Assembly (NCBI RefSeq): GCF_009914755.1
Contig: NC_060928.1
Strand: one strand, 5' to 3'
Length of the DNA: 64,000 bases
Origin: the human T2T-CHM13v2.0 reference genome, Homo sapiens
The notes beneath the pieces are model-generated. The model was given only the letters and a program-made list of their open reading frames with translations. It made no database searches and was not told the origin of the DNA. Shown here in pieces: positions 14,988 through 36,270 of this stretch; the stretch's first letter is position 1, and each line of letters opens with the position of its first letter. Made by a program: the position numbers and the translations under genes.

Positions 14988-15893
14988 TTCAAGATTCTGG
15001 AGTCAATATTACTTAAGGTAGCAACTGTCTATTCTATAGAAAATGGACAAATATAGATAAAAAGCCACTTCCCTTTCTAAAAGTGTCCCTGCAATTCAAG
15101 TGAATACTAGGAAGGATTGTGTTCATTCTTCTAAACAAGACTCACATGTATCTTAGCACAAAAAGAGGATTCTTTTATGATACAAATGCACTGAGAATTT
15201 GGTCAGGCTATCACAATGAACTGATAGTTCAGATGGATTTGAGTCTTTATACCACTCTGGAATCTGGACCAACTGGGCCTCCTAAGGCCATTTTGCAGAT
15301 CTGGGCTTGTTTCTGAAGCTACAGACAGGCCTCTTCCAAGCACTCTAAGTGCTCCACAAATAATATTTCTGTTTCCCAGAACAACCCCACAAAAAGGTAC
15401 TCTTACTCCATTTTTAGATGAGGAAGTGGAGGCTCATGATGTCAGGTAAGCTTTCTCAGCTCCCAAGTGGTTAAGCCCTCAGTTTAATGTCATTTGACTC
15501 CAGAGCCCTATGTTGCACCATGCCTTGATAATAGGCCATATGGGTTTCATGTATTTCAGATGGGGAAGGTTAGTGTGAGGTGAAAGATACACAATTAACC
15601 TTTTAACCATGGAACTGAAATATTTACAGATGAAGTGATACAATAGCTGGAATTAATTCCAAAATAATTGGGGTGGTACTGGTCCATGGCCTGTTAGGAA
15701 CTGGGCCGCAGAGCAGGAGGTGAGCAGCAGGCTAGTGAGCATTGCTACCCCCTATCATATCAGCAGTGGCATCAGATGGGTGAGGATGTAAATGAACTAG
15801 GATTGGCATTGAGTTGATATTGTTGGATCTAGGTGATAGATTTATCATTATAATATTCTCTCTTTGTGATATTTCTGATATTTTCTAAAATAA

Positions 15894-16207
<314 letters not shown>

Positions 16208-16378
16208 AATAAAAAGTTTTTGAAAGGATTTAGATAAAATAGTTGGGGAAATGGCATTTTTGTTCAAAGCCAATTATTTATGTTTGGAATATCTTTTGTG
16301 CTTGGAGTTCTCCATTACAGAGTTCCCCAGTGTTCCTATTAATAAGTAACATTGAGCAGAGGAATGCACTGTTTAGAT

Positions 16379-16717
16379 CAGCAGTCCCCAACCTTTTTGG
16401 CACCAGGGACCGGCTTCATGGAAGACAATTTTTCCACAGACCTGGGGTAGGAAGTGTTTGGGGATGAAACTGTTCCACCTCAGATCATCAGGCATTAGTG
16501 AGATTCTCATAAGGAGCAGGCAATCTAGATTCTTCACATGCGCAGTTCACAATAGGGTTCTCACTCCTGTGAGAATCTAATGCCACCCCTGATCTGACAG
16601 GAGGCGGAGCTCGGGCGGTAATGCTCACTTGCCTGCGGCTCACCTCCTGCTGTGGGGCCCGGTTCCTAACAGGCCATGGACCAGTACCCGTCTGCAGCCT
16701 GGGGACTGGGGACCCTG
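16379..16717 (+). mobile_element. MER1B (hAT-Charlie), full length
   Basis: TIRs cagcagtccccaacc...ggggaccctg; 8-bp TSD gtttagat/ctttagat. Confidence 0.92.
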
Positions 16718-17164
16718 CTTTAGATGATGTACTCTGGCTTTGCATTCTGGCATTAGCTAAGCACCCTCTTAAAGGAAATTGGGTCTATACTCTCAGTCCG
16801 TGTTCTCCCTAACACCTGGAAACATTGAATACCTTCAATGCTGGGAAGTTAACTCCCACCACAACTAGAACAGCTATGGGAAAGACAACAGTTGATTTTG
16901 AAGAGTGTCACCAATTTGCACATGATTCCATCCTTAACCATTCTTATCCTATCAGCTCTGCCAAACATGGAGAATAGTTGGCTGCAGGACAGCTATTTTT
17001 CCTACTTGTAGATGCAACTATTTCTCACCCACCAGGATGTAAAAGGTCCCTGTACCCTAAGATTGGTCCTACATACACACCCAATGGGAAAATGAGATGA
17101 AAAATTTAAAGCAGTAAATATTTGAGGAAGTAGATAGAGTAATTTAGAAAAAGAAAATACACAG

Positions 17165-18211
<1,047 letters not shown>

Positions 18212-19906
18212 TGATAGGAGTTTGTTTTTTTCTATTTATAGGCCAAGCAATACCACGTATAAATATTAAGAATCATGGCTGTTCCTTAGTGCCTAGTTGT
18301 TTATAAACCATGGGAAAGAATGAAATCATTGACCAAATGAGACAGGGTAACAGTCTTCCCTGGGAGTAAAGAGACTAGCAGTCTCTATTGACATATATTT
18401 TAGGCCTGGCCTCCAAAATAAATTTACCCAAAGAAGTGATGTATTTGTGTCCAGGGCTACCGAGCCTAATCTTTGGCTGCCTCTGTGTTATTCTAAGTTG
18501 TAATTTTCCATGTCATCTAAATTTGTAATAATTCTTTAATATGATAGTGTTTCAGTGAACAAACATTCTGCTTGCTGCATTTCTTCTGAGTGAGTAATTC
18601 CCTGACAACTACCAGATCTTGGCAGAAGCAAAGTTGGTCATAAGTTATGCTCCACTCTCAGTGCTGGTGAAACGTATGATGCGTAACACAGTGTTTTTGA
18701 ATTCAGTGCTGATTTTCCTAAAGGACATTTGGAAGGAAAAAAGAAAAGGAAAGGAAATACCCAAATTCAGGAATAGAACTTACATATTATTATAAGACTT
18801 AAAAAATACATGAACACTAATGATGAACTCATTTCTTCGAAGTAAAAGGCCTTATGCTATTTTTTCCCATTTCCCTATGTGGCTTGATTGTGGCGAAAGT
18901 GGCTGTGTGAGTTTCCATTATTGAAGGAGTTAAGGTCTGTGGAATCAAAGCATGAGACAACATGCAAGGACCAGGTTGGTTTCCATTTAACAGCCAACCT
19001 AATCTAACTGAAAGGATTGAGAGGTTTGTCTTTTTTGGAAAGTGTTAAGGTTCTTCCAAGTAACCAGCAATGTGACTTTACCACACTGTTCATTAACGGG
19101 GCTTTGGATGGCCACCATGTCTGCTGCTGGCTGAGTCCAAAACTGCGGTCACTCTCTCCAGCAAGCTCATGGAGGGTTACGTCATCTTCACTCAGCCAGC
19201 CCAACGCTTTTTCCATCTGCTAAAATGTAGAACATGGTTGTTGATTCTACTCTTTCTACAAAGAAAGAGAGGGAACATGGATGAGTTGCTGCTTTTAAAG
19301 ATTATATGTTAATTGCTGTTTTAAAAATCTGCTCAGCTAAGCACGCTTAGTGTAATCAGTCACCATGGAGTTTTTTAATAGGACAGCTTCTGCTCTTACA
19401 GAGCAGAGTTTTTATGCCAGTAGGTTAGAAGCATAACATGTTTCTATATTGAAGTGATTCTCCAACAAGGACTTCTTTTCATCAGGGGTGACCTAAAAGT
19501 TATTACTTGAAATATAATTACATCATGTTCTTAACTGGGTTTAGTAGTAGGATAATTACAAGGTTGTATCCACCTCAAATAGGAAGAACTGATAAGTTTT
19601 GCACAATTATTTAACTCCTCTGTTAGGCCTTCCTTATTTCCTGTTCTCTTTTTAAAATTTGACTAAGATATTGCTAATGGGCTTGGGAGCCTATAAAATG
19701 ATCAGAATTGTTGCCTTATGTTTTGCATGTTTGGGGTAACATTGGAGCCAGATGTACTCTTAAATAAAAGGTAGGCCTACAAAACCAGTTTCTCAGTTGC
19801 ATTCAAAATGTGATTAAAAAAAAAAAAAGGAGAATCTCCCTTATAGGTGAACTTTTTAATTTGTGCTTTATTTTCCCTTTTGCCATTCATGAGATTTCTT
19901 AAATAA

Positions 19907-20062
<156 letters not shown>

Positions 20063-21169
20063 TAGAATATTTCCTTGCACTAATGGGAAAGTTTTGAAAA
20101 GATTTGACCTATCCAAATCATAATTAAAAGGAAGTGTGTATGCACCAGAGGGGCAACTGGGAAGTTACCTTCTTACCTTTGTTTTTAATTCTAATATTTT
20201 TATTTGGGCATTTGTTTATTGACTATCTTCCTATGGTAGAATGCAAGCTTTATAAGAGAAGGGACGTGATTTGTTCTCTGCTGTACCCCCATTTCCCAAA
20301 ACTGCAGATGGCAACAGAAGGCTCTGAAAAATATATAAGAAAGAATTTTTCTAATTGTGACTAAATTGTGACCAAATGCTAAGTGACTGTGGACTTGCGT
20401 TTAACACAGGACGGGAGAGGCAAAGAGTTCAATTCCAATTTAGAATTTGGTCAAGTTCTCTTCTGCACTCTGGTAAACATTAATTAAAAATCAGCATTAT
20501 CTGACCAGCCAGTTCATCGTCAGTGGTGGTGATTTTCACTATGAGATACGCGTGGCAACTTGCCAGACACCAAGAAACCAAGTTAGAGGATTTTTGTATT
20601 AGATTCCTTAACAATGAATACAGTATCACCATTATTACAGTATCATCATTATTGTCATACTATTATTATATCAGTTAACATAAAGTCTGCATAAGAATTG
20701 TTTCCAGAAAAATGACTTTCCAAATTTAACTTTCAGGAAATACAAATAATGCTACTAATATTGCTTTTATTGGCGTATACATGTAATATCCCCTTCTTTT
20801 GGATTTGGATATGTTGTGTCATTGCCTCATTTTAATTCATTATTTCTTCTCAATCTTTAATAATTGCTGGACTTTTACTCCACAAGAAACTTGCTATAGG
20901 CCCATCTCTTTCGTCTTCTTTCCTTCTTTCAGTTCGTCTTCCCATCCTCTGGTAGGGGGAGGGGAGGGATGCCTGAGCGAGAGACTAGCTGTAGGAACCA
21001 TTTGTCTCAAAGTCCAGAAAGCCACAGGTGATGGATTTGTCCTCTGAATCAAAGGGCGTTCGATGATGGATTTCTGTCATGTCTCATCTAAAGTCTTCAC
21101 GAGAACAGATGAGGAAGCAGTTTTATGACCCCAGAGCCTCCTACCAAACTCCTCTGAGAAAAGGTTTCC

Positions 21170-21472
<303 letters not shown>

Positions 21473-22049
21473 GATGTGATATTTTTATGTTTTAAATTGT
21501 TAGAGTTTAGAAACTTGAGATTGAGTTTGCTGCCTGCATTAAAATGATGCTTAAACATTAAACTGCAGTGGCCTTAAATATTAACAAGTTGATTAGAATT
21601 ACTAAGTTCTTTTCAAGCTTTACATATACAGACAAATTTCTTATGCAAAATAGAAGGTAACCCCTGTACGTAAGTCTAGAATTTCAGCAGTCCCCAAAAC
21701 TGACTGAGCATTAGAATCACTCTGATTTTAAAATACATATGTGGTTTTCCGAGATCTACTAACAGAGCCTCCATAATGTAGCCTAGAGAAACGAGTTTTC
21801 AGATGTAGTGATAAATTTGGAAGGTAAGTCAGAGAAGTAAGCTGAAGACAGAGTTTTAGGAAATATGCCTAAAGTCACATAATGAATTGGTTTTCTTGTT
21901 TATTTGAGAATATTGTCGCTTTTTGTTCTTTTTCATGCAAATCACATTTTATTTCTTATGTGAGTAGCTATATATTTAAAAATTTTGTTTTTGGAATATT
22001 GTAGAATCTCTACTTAAGAAAGTATCTTAGCAGTCATATGGTCTGACCT

Positions 22050-23150
22050 CACTGAATGCTAAATTCTCTTTAAAACATCCGTCTCAGATGGTTACTCATA
22101 CTGCCTCTGATTGAACAAGAGTCCCAGGTTAAGGGACTTACTTCTTTGAAATCGTTCATTTCATTTTTCTACAGCTATGTTAGAAAGTTCGTCCTTAGCA
22201 GTGAAGCCAGAGTCTATCTCTTATAACTTCTACCCAGTTGCACCCTCCAAGCCTACCTATACCAAGTATCTTTTTTCCACGTTGCTTTTCCAATTCAGCT
22301 CTTCGCAAGTTTGGAGACAAATACCTAATCTCCTCTAAGCCTTCTCCAGGTTAAGCCTTTCCAGTTCATCCAGCTGTTGATTATGTGATTGGAGACACAA
22401 GTTTGAGTAACTCCCATGATGGAAAGTCCCTCTGGTGAATGTTCTGTTCATCAGAGTCCCTAAGAAAGCACATGAGCCTCACCATGGTGAGTGGGGCCAT
22501 GAGATTCCTAAACCAGACACTACACTGTGGCTTGTGCAACCTACCATGGCCAGACTCATGAGGCTGTTTCATCATATAAATAATTCCTTAGTCTCTTCAC
22601 CAAAAACTGTGAAGCACTGTGTCCCCCAGCTGTATGTGAGCTAGCCTGGGACCATAGTGGAGGACTCCTCTTTCAACCCTGTTAAATTTCATCTTGTTAG
22701 GATCTGCCCATTTTTCCATTCTGTTGAAATTATCTTGGAACTGGATTCATTCATCTCACATCAGCTACTCCCCGAAGCCTCACAGTATCAGCAGAGTTAT
22801 TATCTCTATCCATATCCTTGTAAATTATTAAACTAAAAAAGATTGGTCTAAGAACATCAGTCCATTAATCAAGGCTCTTTGGTTGGAGTTCACTTCATTA
22901 TATTATCATCCAGCTCAGAGTGTTCATAAACAAGATGATAGGAAAGACTTTTCCAAATGCCTGTCTGAGTAATTCCCCCATTCCTGTGATCTGTGAGCTG
23001 TTGACCAGATTAAAAAGGAAGTGAGAATAACCAGGCAAGATTTACTCCTAGCAAAACCTTACTGGCTTCTAGTGACTGAGTCCTTTCCCTATTGCTTACC
23101 AGCTATCTTTTTAATTACTAGTTTTAAAATCTTGCCAGCAATGTCAATAT
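22050..23150 (-). mobile_element. L3/CR1 LINE fossil (RT and 3' region)
   Basis: ttagaaagttcgtcctt, ctcctctaagccttctccaggttaag and ctgttaaatttcatcttgttagg...cagctactcccc match antisense CR1 consensus segments as I recall them. Confidence 0.65.
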
Positions 23151-23220
23151 CAAATGACCAAGAATATCAAACTCATTACTCTGTATGTAAATGAGATAGT
23201 GTACTTACCCCTATGGCTTA

Positions 23221-23996
23221 TGTATTAGGCTGTTCTTGCATTGCCCTAAATACCTGAGACTGGGTAATTTATAAAAAAAGAGGTTTGGCCAGGCACTGTG
23301 GATCAGGCCTGTAATCTCAGCACTTTGTCAGGCTGAAGCAGGTGTAATGGTGAGCCAAGAGTTCAAACTTAGCCTGGACAACAAGGTGAAACCCCCTCTC
23401 TGCAAAAAATACAAAAATTATCTGGGCATGGTGGCATGCACCTGTAGTCCCAGCCACCCAGGAGGCTGAGGTGGGAAAATTGTTTGAAGCTGGGAGTCAG
23501 TGATTGCAGTGAGCCATGATTGCAACACTGCACTCCATCCAGCCTGGGCGACAGAGCAAGACCCTGTCTCAAAAAATAAATAAATGAATAAATAAATAAA
23601 ATAAATAAATAAATAGAAAAGAAAAAGAAAGAAAAGAGATTTATTTGCCTCATGGTTCTGCAGGCTGTAAGGGAAGCATAGCTCCAGCATCTGCTTCTGG
23701 GGAGGCCTCAGGAAGCTGTTACTCATGGCAGAAGGTGAAGCAGGAGCTTGCACATCATGTGGCAAAAGCAGGAGCAAGAGAGAGAGAATGGGGCAGGGAA
23801 GAAGCCCCACACTTTTAAATGACCAGATCGCATGAGAAATCACTCGTTACCTCAAGGACAGTACCAAGAGGATGGTACTAAATTCCTGAGAAATCCACCC
23901 CCATGATCTGATCACCTCGTACCAGGCCCCGCCTTCAGCATTGGGGATTATGTTTCAACATGAGATTTGGATGGGGACAACATCCAAACTATATCA
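23221..23996 (-). mobile_element. MSTA-type solo LTR interrupted by a + strand Alu (about 23287-23633)
   Basis: tgtattaggctgttcttgcattg...catccaaactatatca. Confidence 0.9.
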
Positions 23997-24659
23997 CCTT
24001 GCATAGTAGGTAGGGTTTTAAAAAGCAGTTTGGCACAGTAAGAAAAGTACAGATTTTTTTTGCATCAGACAGACCTGAGTTAAAATCCCAGCTTCACTGC
24101 TAACATGCTAGGTAAATGTGGGCAAGTTAATTAACATTTCTAAGCCTTTGTTTCCTCACTGGTAAAACAAGTATTTGGAAATATCATTGTGAAGATTAGA
24201 AATAATACATGAAAAGATCCTAGGATGCTGTCTGTCATACAGTAGTAGTAGTAAGAAGTTATTCTTGCCAAAGATTGTTGAGAATGGCAGAATTATCTCA
24301 GTTCTAAGAGCTATAGTTTCTAATTATTTGAGCCTAGACTCAGATTCATTTGGAGCAGCTAACTGCTCACCAAGAGCTTATTTTCCATCTTACCAATGAG
24401 GTTATGTGCCCTGTGTTTTTAAAATCAGTCTACTTAACCAAGAGAACAGAAATGACATGAGAATTAAGTAATCTCACTTTCTCTGTTATTTAGGATTTAT
24501 TCCTACTCAAAACCTGAGAGTTGCTATGAATTCACCATTAAAGCACTTATTAATATACATGGGTTACTGTTATAAATAGCAATAGTATTGCTATTGTGTG
24601 AGTTAGGTGTTGAAGTTCAAGAAAGGAATAAAGAATATTTAGAAGATCTTTGAAAACAG

Positions 24660-28501
<3,842 letters not shown>

Positions 28502-29099
28502 GAAAGTGTGTAACTTTAAACTCAGTAGTATCCAAAGAAGTAATGAAAATGGAGAAACGAACAACAAAATCATAGTACAATATGGTGTATGTACTAGGAC
28601 AGGAAGAGCCCTTTTAAGAAGAGATCTATGTATTTCCATTTGTTTATCTCTGAAAGAAAGCAACTTTGCCTTGTATTCTGAAAAAGAAAGGAATATTTTA
28701 TTTTACTTGTAAAAATCTTACAAGGATGCTAGTCTAAATATAGTTTTCCTAATTTGCCAGAGAATCCATGAAGATCGAGTTGATAACAAGATCAGTGAAG
28801 TAAAGGTCAGTGAGTTAATCTCACAGCAGCTGCAGGCTAATTCCATTTCCAGTGAAAAACGTCTTGATTGCTCACCACATATCTTTTCACCACAAACAGT
28901 TTCAGTCTTAAGATCACATGTTGCAATCCATGAGAAGTAACTATTAAGCCTTCAACTATGACTGGAGGGCTCCTCGCCCTTTCTGATAAATTGACTGGAC
29001 AAAAACTCAATTTTAAAATGACAAGAAATAGAAGATGTATAAATGTACTTTAAATGTGACCAAAATGGGTTGTGAAAACACAAGACACAATATCCAAAA

Positions 29100-29337
29100 A
29101 TGCTGGCAACACAGTACACTGTAGAGTATTGGTTGTTTATTTACCCTTGCTATTGTGTGGCTGAGCTTACTGCCACTGCCCAGCATTGCAAGGGCATCAA
29201 ACTGCCTATCACTAGCCTAGGAAAAGATCAAAATTCAAAATTCTAAGTACAATTTCTACTGAATGCTTATCACTTTTGCACCATTTTAAAGTAAAAAAAT
29301 CAGTAAGTTGAACCATCATATATCCAAGATTGTCTGT
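29100..29337 (+). mobile_element. MER47B-like Tigger fragment
   Basis: ctggcaacacagtacactgtagagtattggttgttt...ggaaaagatcaaaattcaaaatt...gttgaaccatca. Confidence 0.75.
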
Positions 29338-30633
29338 ATATAAATATTATACATCTTTCTCTCACTTTTAAAACAAAATAATACTAGCCAATACTACCAT
29401 TCTCAAAAGCACTTGTGTCAACAGCCTTTACCCCTTAAAGATTTTCCTCACAATTTTAAAATTGTTACTTACTATTTTCTTTGAAATGTTGACCAAACCT
29501 GGATTAAAAGATTTGGGGGTTTTAGTGACTGTATTTCACAAACTCTCTTATTGATTCTGCAGCCTCACTTCTGCCTCCTAAAAAGCCCTCACCAAGGTCA
29601 CGGGGGATGGCTCTTTTCAGCCTCTTCCTGGCATTTGGTCCAGTGGCATTTGGCATTCTAGGACTTCCCTCTTTGTCTTTGATAACTCCCTCTCTTCCTG
29701 TGTTCCTCCTTGCTGTGTTCACTTGCTTCGCTTTCTTCTTTCTGAAGCATGTTTACACAGTGTTTTCTCTGATTGGGCCTGTGACGTTCTTTAGGTCATC
29801 TTTTCCACAAATAATGCTTCAACTAGTACTTGCGTGCCAGTGACTCCACGTCCCACTCATGAGCTCTGAACCTAGTACCAGCTTCTGCTGGACATCTACA
29901 ATGGGATCTCTCACAGGCCTCTCTCATTGGTAACATGCCCCAGCCTGAACTCATCTCCCACCCATCTATCCAGCCATGCTCTCTAGTTCACCTGAACACT
30001 TGGGTGTCATCCTAGATGCTTTCCCTTCCCAGTCTTCTGTGATCATTCTGCCTCATCAGAGGCTCTCTAATCTGTCTTCTTTCCTATATCGCTCTTGTCC
30101 CTATTTTAATCCTAATCATCTATTTCCTGACTTATTCATTCCTTAAGTTGGTCAGTAATTTAATTAAAAACAGATTTAGGCCCTGACCTTAAATGTGATA
30201 AGTGATATGAAAGGAGATGACTGGGGAAAAGGATTTCCCTCAAGGAAGGCCTCTGTGAAGCCTGAAGCAAGAATGAAAACGAGTCAGACGAAGAGAGAAT
30301 TGTATGAATGAAGGCTCTGAGGCAGGAAAACACTCAGATCATTCCAGAATCACTTAGAAGCCAAGTGAAGCCAGTTCCTGGAGAGCAGATCATCAAATGA
30401 AGATGGAAAGGTGACCAGGGGCCAGACCTGTAGTTTTGGTGGGCCTTGGTGAGGGATTTACAGTAGGACACCCCATGGTTTAAGTATGAAAGTGACAAGA
30501 TTCCTTTAAGTTTTAAGAGGCCTCGAAATATGAACCACAGATTAGATGGAAGCTACTCTCCCTGTGTCTGGACTTTTTAGAATTTCCAAGAGCTGCTGTT
30601 TCTGGAACCAGATTAATACAAGTCAGTCTTCCA

Positions 30634-30898
30634 TTTATTTATTTATGTATTTATTTGAGACAGGGTCTCACTCTGTCACCCAGGCTGGGGTGCAGTGGCA
30701 TGAACACAGCTCACTGCAGCTTGGAGGCTCAAGAGATCCTCCTGCCTCAGCCTCCCATGTAGTTGGGACCACAGGCACCTACCACCCAGCTAATTTTATT
30801 TGTTGTAGAAATGAGGTCTCATTTTGCTGCCCAGGCTGTTCTTGAACTCTTGGGCTCAAGCGATCCTCCTGCAACATCTTCCCAAAGTGCTGGGATCA
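30634..30898 (-). mobile_element. AluJ-like
   Basis: Antisense Alu with (TTTA)n tail. Confidence 0.9.
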
Positions 30899-31451
30899 CT
30901 CTTCCATTTAACATGCTATCTCAACGTCAAGATAAACTTTAAAATCTTTAGATAATAGGCTGGCATTTTACTTAAACGATCTTTACTTCTTCAGAACTGC
31001 CATTCCCTATAAATATCTGGTTCTTCAACCACATCAAACCACTTGTGATCTCAAAAAGCCTCAGCGTACACTGTCCTTTCTGTCATTCTAATTCCTCCTC
31101 ATCCTTCAAAATCAACTCAAGGACCAGATCCAGGGAGAAGCTTAGTGGTGCCCACCCGAACCGGCCCCCTCCTTCGAGTTGTGCTGCCATTCGGGCCCAC
31201 CTCTTCACACAGGGTTGTCAGACCAGACCAGCTCATGCGTTCACCGCCCTTGCAGGGATGGGATGCAGCTGTGCACCTCTCAGTGCCGACACCTGGAGAG
31301 TCTCACGAAATGTTGACAACATGGCCTGTTTCCATTTCTTGTTCACTAGGACTTCTCATTTACTAACACACAGAATTTCCTGTAGTATGTCCACTTAATC
31401 AGTTCAAGCCTAATAATTCCTTGATTTGGGTATAGTGCTTTGCATTTATAT

Positions 31452-31843
31452 ACTGATGGTCCCCAACTTATGATGGTTCGATTTATGATTTTTCAACTTC
31501 ATGGTGATGTGAAAGTGATACACATTCTATAGAAACCACACTTTCAATTTTGAATTTTGGTCTTTTTCCAGGCTACCATACTCTAAAGATAGAGCCACAG
31601 ATCCCAGTCAGCCATGTGATTATGAGGGTAAGCGACCAATACTCTACAGTGTATTGTATTGCCAGATGGTTTTGCCCAACTAGCCTAATGTAAGTATTCT
31701 AAACATGTTTAAGGTAGGCCAGGCTAAGCTGTGTTGCTCATTCAGTAGGTTAGGTATATTAAATGCATTTTCAACTTATGATATTTTCAATTTACAATGA
31801 GTTTATCAGGATGTAACTCTACTATAAGTCAAGGATCATCTTG
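31452..31843 (-). mobile_element. MER47B-like Tigger element
   Basis: gatggtccccaacttatgatggttcg...aggttaggtatattaaatgcattttcaactt. Confidence 0.8.
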
Positions 31844-32868
31844 TATAGCACTTTTAATTTATAGAGTCCCTTCAAATGTTTGTTTGTATTTTATTTCCAC
31901 TGCATCCCTGTGAGGATACCATAAGTTATACAGCTAACAAAACAGTTAGTTTTCCTGTGCAAAGTGATGGCTTCATCTTGTGGCAGATTACCTGGAATAC
32001 TGTGGCCAAGGCATCTTAGTTCTACTGTCTTTATATATCTAGTACAGTTATATTTTTATGGCAGCTCTGATTTCTTCTTTGGCCCAAGGGTTATTAAGAG
32101 AGGGAAAAAATTTAATTTCTTAACAGATATATATATCTATGTCAAGTCATATATTTAATTCAAACCCTTAATATTCCTAGGTAATTTTTGTCTACTTTCT
32201 CTGTCAAAGATTGAAAGATACAGGGTTTTAAGTTTCCAACTGTAATTGTAGTTTTGGTAATTGTTTTATTACTAACAGGTATTGCTCTGTATATTTTGAT
32301 GTTCTGTTATTCAATACATAAGAATTCATTACAGTTGAATCATCATGTATAGTATAATTTACCAATGTAAAATAACCTTTTTATCAAACTGAGTATTCAC
32401 CTTATAATGTCCTCTGTCAGAGGATTATAATACCACTTAAAACCTTTTAAAAAATATTTTGTTCCTGATAATTTTAGCTTTGAGTGGTTTTCTTATAACA
32501 ATTCTAGAGATGCGTTTTTATTTTTTAACCAAGATTTAAAGCTTTGTGATTTAGTAAGAGTCTAAACCATTCACAGTTCATGCTTTTTTGTCAAATTTCT
32601 ATTATTTAGTATTTTCCTCTCTTTTATATTTTCCTGTTATTTTCCATTTCTATTCTTTTGTTAGACTGGAAATTTTTTCTTTGCTTTCTTTTATCCTAGT
32701 GATTTGAAATTTATGTAATATATACTATTCTACAATACCCTTTATTTGTTTTCAATATTTGAACCTATATTTTTCAACATTATTAAGAATAAAATAGTAT
32801 TTGTTGCTATTTTGAAATGATAGACCATGTTTTTAAGGCAGGTTGGTGGTTGTTAAGGCACCAGTATC

Positions 32869-32940
32869 GGCCAGGCACGATGGCTCACACCTGTAATCTC
32901 AGCACTTTCGGAGGCCGAGGTGGGCAGATCGTTTGAGCCC
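32869..32940 (+). mobile_element. 3'-truncated Alu 5' end
   Basis: ggccaggcacgatggctcacacctgtaatctcagcac...gagccc, then an abrupt stop. Confidence 0.9.
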
Positions 32941-33631
32941 AGCACTTTGGCCGATACTGTGGTTTACTGTATTTTGTTCTAGTTTATTTTATGGAAAATG
33001 GGAATTCAGTGGTTAAGACAAGGATTAAATAGCAGAAGAAAGATGTGTACATATGTACAGATGTATGTGTCCTTTATATGTTTTTTAGTACTCTTGTCTC
33101 CTTTCTGGTCCTCATTTAAGGTTATCTATTTCATGCAGTAAATTTTTCTTCACAATTCATTTCATTTAGAGAGTGAATGCTACCTTCCAAGTGGGCTTTC
33201 TCCAGTTTTCCTTTCAGGGACTTAAAGGAGAAGTGATGTTAACAGTTTTATATTTCCATTGCATTTTACAGTGTGCAGATGTCTTCACATATATTTCCCC
33301 ATTTGAGCTTTACAAAAGCCCTTAGTATTATTCTCATTGTCTAGATTCCAAAATCAGGCTTAGAGGAGTTAAATAGTTGTCCAGGATCTCAAGATGCAAG
33401 ACCCACAATCATGAACAGAGGCAGATGTTCAGGATGGAGGCAAGCTGAAACTCAAAACCAAATCATTATGACTCCAAATTCAGGAGTCTTTTAGCTGCCA
33501 CCTGCATGGGCTCTTGGTGTAGCTGACCACCAGAGTTTGTAGAGCTGTCATTCAGGTGTGCCATGGACTTTCCTGGGACCTGGCACAGGAGAAGGACTGA
33601 GTTAATGTTTGCTGATTAAATATCTGTTACA

Positions 33632-35211
<1,580 letters not shown>

Positions 35212-35834
35212 TTACTAAATAGTACTTAATCCCAAAATAATTTCTATAGGTTTGAATATGATCCCTGAAATTTATTATAGGTTCAGGTAAGTATTAATCA
35301 CGGGTATTCAGAACTGTGGTTTAAAAAATGTATAGAACATGTTTCCTTCCCCTTGAAACTTTTTATCAGCTAATTATAGGAATTATATTATACCTGCAAT
35401 CATTAAAGTCCAGAATGAGACAGTACTTGGTAAAGTGCTGAAATTTATAATAAATGCATTATAGCAATCCAGTTAAGGAGGAAGAGCCACCATTATTGAA
35501 CATTTGTTAAGTGTCAGCCATTGTACTAGATAAATTTTAGTTATTATTTTTATTTAGGCACCAAAAAATCCATGGGATAGTTGGTTATCCCCATCTTACT
35601 GAAGAGGAAACTGAAGCTCAGAAAGTTTAAGCAACTTGCACAGGTCACATAGCAAGTAAGGAGCATGGCCAGGAATCAGACCCTGATCTCCTTTGGTCTA
35701 CTAAGCTTGCAAAGGATCTTCCCGCCTCCTTCCAAGACCATTCAATATTATCAGTAAATGTCCATGGCAAGGATGTAGTTCGAGTTATAGGGTTCCATTC
35801 AAGATATGATTGGTAGGTGGGAAGCAGATATGTC

Positions 35835-36270
35835 TGTGTCAATCAGTATCCTGGAAGAAGGAGATGATGAACTCAAGTGGTGATTAAGGGAAGTTTAATG
35901 AAGGGACTATTTACAGAGATGTGGTGGGGTTAAGAGAACCAACAAGGGGAAGTGATGCACTCAAAAAGTTACTACCTCCAGGCTTTAGGGGATTGGGGGA
36001 GGGAGTGGCACAGTGTGAACCCAGTGTGGTTGTGAGAAAAGGGATTCCCTCAGCAGCCATGGCCAAGGTTAGAGTCTCCACTGCCAAACTGCATCCAGGT
36101 GGTGAGGGAATGGAGAATAGGGGTGGGGTAACAAACTCTGACCTCGGTATCCCCAAAGGGCAAAGGATTCCAGGTGGTACAGTTCGTAAAGATTAGCCTC
36201 AGGGCACAGAACAGGGCAGAGAAGAATGGAGAATTGATCTGGAGGAAACAAACAATGGCTTGCCCATGTT
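35835..36270 (-). mobile_element. Old ERVL-type LTR (LTR33-like)
   Basis: tgtgtcaatcagtatcc...tttaatgaagggactatttacagag...gatctggagg resembles LTR33-family consensus. Confidence 0.5.
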
